From assembly GCA_015063685.1 (NCBI GenBank), contig SVTR01000004.1:3826-67825 (forward strand): 64,000 nt of DNA. Reading direction: 5' to 3'. A program made the translations under genes and the position numbers. The notes below the pieces were generated by a model. The model made no database searches. It had not been told where the DNA came from and saw nothing but the letters and a program-made list of their open reading frames with translations. Positions 61,801 through 64,000 of this stretch are shown here, one piece after another; position 1 is the first letter of the stretch, and each line of letters starts with the position of its first letter. This DNA comes from Oscillospiraceae bacterium (GTDB taxonomy: Bacteria; Bacillota; Clostridia; Oscillospirales; CAG-272).

Positions 61801-62094
61801 CTCGGAGGCGATGGTTTTGTCATAACCGCCCAGCCATTTATACACAGACAGGGTGGCGTAGGAGTCGGTTTTTGTCCAGGTGGGCATAGCAAAACCGAAT
61901 CCCGTGAACTCGCCGTTGATCATGGCGCGGTAGGAGTATGTCTTGCCTACACGGACAGGCTCACGGGTACCCGTGCCGTTCTGAATGCTGATATCCTCAG
62001 CGGCATACACGGGGATGACCATGCTGAAGGCACTGCCTACCATCAAAAGACACAGAAGCAGCGCAAGCAAACGCTTGATGGTTGATGATTTCAT
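58822..62094 (-). CDS. Large secreted, C-terminally membrane-anchored multidomain protein (putative carbohydrate-active enzyme)
   Basis: Signal peptide MKSSTIKRLLALLLCLLMVGSAFSMVIPVYA. Two N-terminal repeats (LSVYKW..PAGEYLF and MSVYAW..PAGDYLF). A central FYWTWH-containing region resembles TIM-barrel glycosidases. An acidic T/E/A linker is followed by a C-terminal TM segment and KKKKDDEA. Confidence 0.75.
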   Translation of the reverse strand: MKSSTIKRLLALLLCLLMVGSAFSMVIPVYAAEDISIQNGTGTREPVRVGKTYSYRAMINGEFTGFGFAMPTWTKTDSYATLSVYKWLGGYDKTIASEPIAKQAYNPLKDGQYHWVEFDPQPAGEYLFHISDGGADVGVWTNMSPSDSKGFLYLNGLEQRGEPELKIRMTNPMLEPFGNCEPSGEIRNIKYPYTGNTGEAVFNMNGPFGMRLNVASSFVGVQFKMATYMATDMEVDMSVYAWKGTYEKTVSEDPVATGRVKMVDNAMQGVTFDEVPAGDYLFIAHNYNKAPAMYVYNNVENFKGYVYRDGFPVETNIQYPIMQIIFNEEKDEFFMECEKPEDTVTGDHVAPPAYVIPEDSLIYTHPVMPDTWVFTDGLGRVSLTNADVGDLKDDKTLAMFYWTWHIDGFTNDVPANLQKLSEQYPDAMRDWDNPLWKDLKTTSYWWNESIYGFYRGDDKWVLRKQAELLTNAGVDVIFTDNTNAEMTWRNAYTPLMEEWSDAMEDGLKAPKVSFMLPFWDESYTNTQLQSLYLDIFRAGKWNNLWFYWDDKPMLMAIKNSVKPSASPVEKEISNFFTFRAGQPGYVVDKTAYANWGWLSMYPQALYYANKGDARKGIVEQMTVGIAMNHDYENKMLAAMSGNHIAGRSYTSKYPNRYEVEGAEASKWGYNFAEQFEYALEVDPKVIFVTGWNEFRVGRYEVWPENEGNPAAVENAFPDQYNDEFSRDIEPTKGALKDHYYYQLVNYVRQFKGARAIPTPSLSATIDMAAGHDQWESVEPYYAAYIGNTEDRNAPGYGTLVYTETSGRNDIIGAQIARDDEYVYFHVECAEDITPYTDNLWMNLYIDTDQANQGWETFEYVVNKSAASAETVVLEKFTGEGYASEKVVDCEYKVDGRYMTVKVAKSDLGLSGNDYTINFSWTDNVHDEGDDTKFSGDIMDFYISGDVAPGARFKYSYISTEANATGNVTDTETEPETTPDAEPETEPSEDTEAATDAESGAETEAVTEADTEAEKDTAATVDTQAETKAEDEKTTEGQADGSVAVDTATGSDTAPVEEGCGSTISASLGVIGTAAAAAAIALAKKKKDDEA

Positions 62095-62159
62095 AAAATA
62101 AAATCTCCTTTCAAGGAAGGGCTGATGGGGGAAAGCCGCACCCGCCCTTTGTTGGCTAT

Positions 62160-62188
62160 ATTATACAATGTTATGACCTCTTTGTCAA
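62160..62188 (-). promoter_or_regulatory. Consensus sigma-A promoter for the surface protein gene
   Basis: On the minus strand: TTGACA, 17 nt, TATAAT, with an upstream TG. Confidence 0.55.
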
Positions 62189-62267
62189 CTAAAAAAATGT
62201 ATTTTGCGCAAAAAGGGGAGAATTTTTTTTGCTTGGATGATCTGAAGGGTATCTCTAAAGAAAAAGA

Positions 62268-62296
62268 TTGACTTATCCGCCGATTTGTGTTATACT
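62268..62296 (+). promoter_or_regulatory. Sigma-A type promoter for truA
   Basis: TTGACT, 17 nt, TATACT, with an upstream TGT. Confidence 0.55.
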
Positions 62297-62342
62297 TTTC
62301 TTATGGCCTCGGATGAGGCTCGAAATCAAGGGGAGGTGCGGG

Positions 62343-63149
62343 ATGAAGCTCTTATTGTATCTTTCATATGACGGATCCGGATTCTGCGGATACCAGGCGC
62401 AGAGCCACGGAAACACGGTTCAGCAGACGCTGAACGCGGCAACCGAAGCCGTTTTCGGCCATCCCTGTGACGTCACCGGCTGCAGCCGCACCGACAGCGG
62501 CGTCCACGCCCATATGTTCTGTGCTACCGTCACAGGGCAGGGAGGTACCCCTCTTGTCACTACCATCCCTTTGGATAAGCTCCCTGCGGTGTTGAATATT
62601 CACCTGCCCGATACCATTGCCGTGGGCTATGCCTGCCGCGTACCCGAAGATTTTCATCCCCGTTATTCGGTCAGCTCCAAGGAGTACGTATACAAGATTT
62701 ATAACGCGCCCCACCGCTGTCCCTTTGAGCATAAGCGGAGCTGGCATATCCCTCAGCATCTCGATGAGGATGCTGTGGCCCAAATGGATGCCGCCGCCCG
62801 TTGCTTTATAGGGAAGCGAGATTTTTCGGCTTGCATGGCGTCGGGCTCCGAGATTGAGGACAGGGTGAGAAACGTCATGTCCGCCTCGGTCAGACGGGAA
62901 GGAAATTACGTATATTTTACCGTCCGTGCCGACGGCTTTCTTTACAACATGGTACGCATCATGACGGGGACGCTTTTGGACGTGGCGTTAGGCAAGATTC
63001 CCGCCCACTCCCTGCCGGAACGCCTGGCTTCTCTGGATCGCCGTGCCATGGGACGCACCGCACCCGCGGAGGGCCTTTATCTTCATCGTGTCTTTTACAA
63101 CGATCCGTCCGTTCCCGGTTACGTAGGAGGTGATGACCGTGAGTGCTAA
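62343..63149 (+). CDS. truA: tRNA pseudouridine(38-40) synthase
   Basis: YDGSGFCGYQ and the catalytic RTDSGVHA. Start at MKLLL (ATG 62343) after GGGGAGG, inside listed ORF 62268..63149. Confidence 0.9.
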   Translation: MKLLLYLSYDGSGFCGYQAQSHGNTVQQTLNAATEAVFGHPCDVTGCSRTDSGVHAHMFCATVTGQGGTPLVTTIPLDKLPAVLNIHLPDTIAVGYACRVPEDFHPRYSVSSKEYVYKIYNAPHRCPFEHKRSWHIPQHLDEDAVAQMDAAARCFIGKRDFSACMASGSEIEDRVRNVMSASVRREGNYVYFTVRADGFLYNMVRIMTGTLLDVALGKIPAHSLPERLASLDRRAMGRTAPAEGLYLHRVFYNDPSVPGYVGGDDREC

Positions 63150-64000
63150 GCGACCTAATGGCAAGCATCCTCTCCGCCCCCTGTGGCAACGGCTATATGC
63201 CTTTATCAAGCGGTTTTCCCGCTTGCCGGAGGAGGAAAGTATAGAGCCCATTGATTTTTCCGCACCCTCTGTCCCCTATTATACTAACCTGGCGGAGCGG
63301 TTCAACCTGGCGCGCATCGTTCTGTACATGGTGCTTTTCGTGTTTGTTGTGGTGACGGTGGTCAGCAGTCGCCATCTGATTACCTATGAGAATCTTTACT
63401 ATCTGGTCAAGGACGTAGGTGCCGCTACTCTGACGGCGCAGTCCCAGGCCGATCATTTGAACTATCCCGTGTCCGGTGTCTCGGCGGATTTTGGCCTGTA
63501 TCGCGGTGGCCTTACCATCGCGGGCAGTGAGGAGATCACGGTGCTCAGCGGCTCGGGAAAGCAGACCCTTTCGGAAAATGTTTCCCTGGCCGCGCCCCAG
63601 ATCCGCACGGGAGAACAATATTTTGTGACCTTCAGCCGCGGAGAGCGGGATTTTTCGGTTTACAACGCTTTTGTCCGTGTGAAGAAGGAAGCGACCGAAT
63701 TCCCCGTTTACGATGTCTGCATGGGGCGTGACGGCGCCTACGCGGTGCTGACCCGCTCGGCTGATTATACGTCTGAGGTCATTTTTTATGATGCGGATAT
63801 GACCAAGCGCCTGGCCGTGCGCCGTATCGGCTATGTGACGGCCATGTCCGTCAGTCCTGATGGCAGTACCCTGGCGGTGGTGTCGTTGGAGCTGGGGGAC
63901 AACGGCTATACCACTAAGGTGAGCTTTGTGCGTAGCGATGGCACCGAAAAACAGGTGCTTCTGTCCGACACTACCGCGCTGAGCGCCGAATTTCTGTCCG
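63133..64000 (+). CDS. Single-pass membrane protein with a beta-rich extracytoplasmic domain (tentatively DUF5711-like); 3' end is beyond the window
   Basis: The frame is open from ATG 63133 (or GTG 63139, which is better spaced from GGAGG) to the window end, which is why it is absent from the ORF track. TM segment IVLYMVLFVFVVVTVV. It overlaps the truA stop. Confidence 0.6.
   Translation, partial: MTVSAKRPNGKHPLRPLWQRLYAFIKRFSRLPEEESIEPIDFSAPSVPYYTNLAERFNLARIVLYMVLFVFVVVTVVSSRHLITYENLYYLVKDVGAATLTAQSQADHLNYPVSGVSADFGLYRGGLTIAGSEEITVLSGSGKQTLSENVSLAAPQIRTGEQYFVTFSRGERDFSVYNAFVRVKKEATEFPVYDVCMGRDGAYAVLTRSADYTSEVIFYDADMTKRLAVRRIGYVTAMSVSPDGSTLAVVSLELGDNGYTTKVSFVRSDGTEKQVLLSDTTALSAEFLS

Noticed and set aside
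58729-62085. ORFs 58729..60504 + (591 aa) and 60508..62085 + (525 aa)
   Set aside because: They lie antisense to the 1090-aa secreted protein, which has a signal peptide, a promoter, an RBS and a terminator. The plus-strand translations are G/V/L-rich with no features.

Overview
This window looks like a chromosomal segment of a visibly GC-rich, spore-forming Firmicute. Gene content suggests Clostridia, probably Oscillospiraceae/Ruminococcaceae-like, but the species cannot be named from this sequence. All homology calls come from motifs read by eye in the supplied translations. No database search was run and GC content was not computed.

I support about 45 protein genes and one tRNA.
- Sporulation genes: spoIIAA-spoIIAB-sigF, and gpr-spoIIP.
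- A four-gene minus-strand operon: MBL hydrolase, gltX, glnS and a DUF1294 gene.
- The dgt-dnaG-rpoD operon.
- A class I lysyl-tRNA synthetase fused to a tRNA-binding domain.
- Single housekeeping genes: an EF-G paralog, pepF, putP, a DUF1846 gene, hflX, rpmE and truA.
- A GldA/F/G-like ABC-2 exporter.
- Two orphan giant solute-binding lipoproteins and a 1090-aa surface protein.
- Many sigma factors: sigF and rpoD, two paralogous ECF-like sigma genes each overlapping a membrane-partner gene by ATGA, and two sigma factors fused to large C-terminal domains.

Most long ORFs on the opposite strand of these genes are GC-driven shadow ORFs.

The most unusual content is non-coding.
1. Two copies, 34 kb apart, of a roughly 630-bp long-armed palindromic element. 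Their ~190-bp cores look identical by eye.
2. Mirrored arrays of roughly 88-nt units, each starting with AAATTGTTGTTT, at three loci.
3. A 160-bp MITE-like element in three copies, two of them with 4-bp target duplications.
4. GTAGGGGCGAAC-type REP hairpins, usually found in pairs.

Two small, visibly AT-richer accessory insertions stand out.
- A three-gene cassette encoding a MutS-domain-V-like ATPase and two small paralogous membrane proteins. It is bounded by 11-nt direct repeats that match the repeat-unit junction.
- A 1-kb islet next to tRNA-Arg(CCG) carrying a four-helix-bundle protein and a minimal pyroglutamyl-peptidase-like protein.

No CRISPR array, rRNA, integrase, transposase or recognisable prophage was seen.
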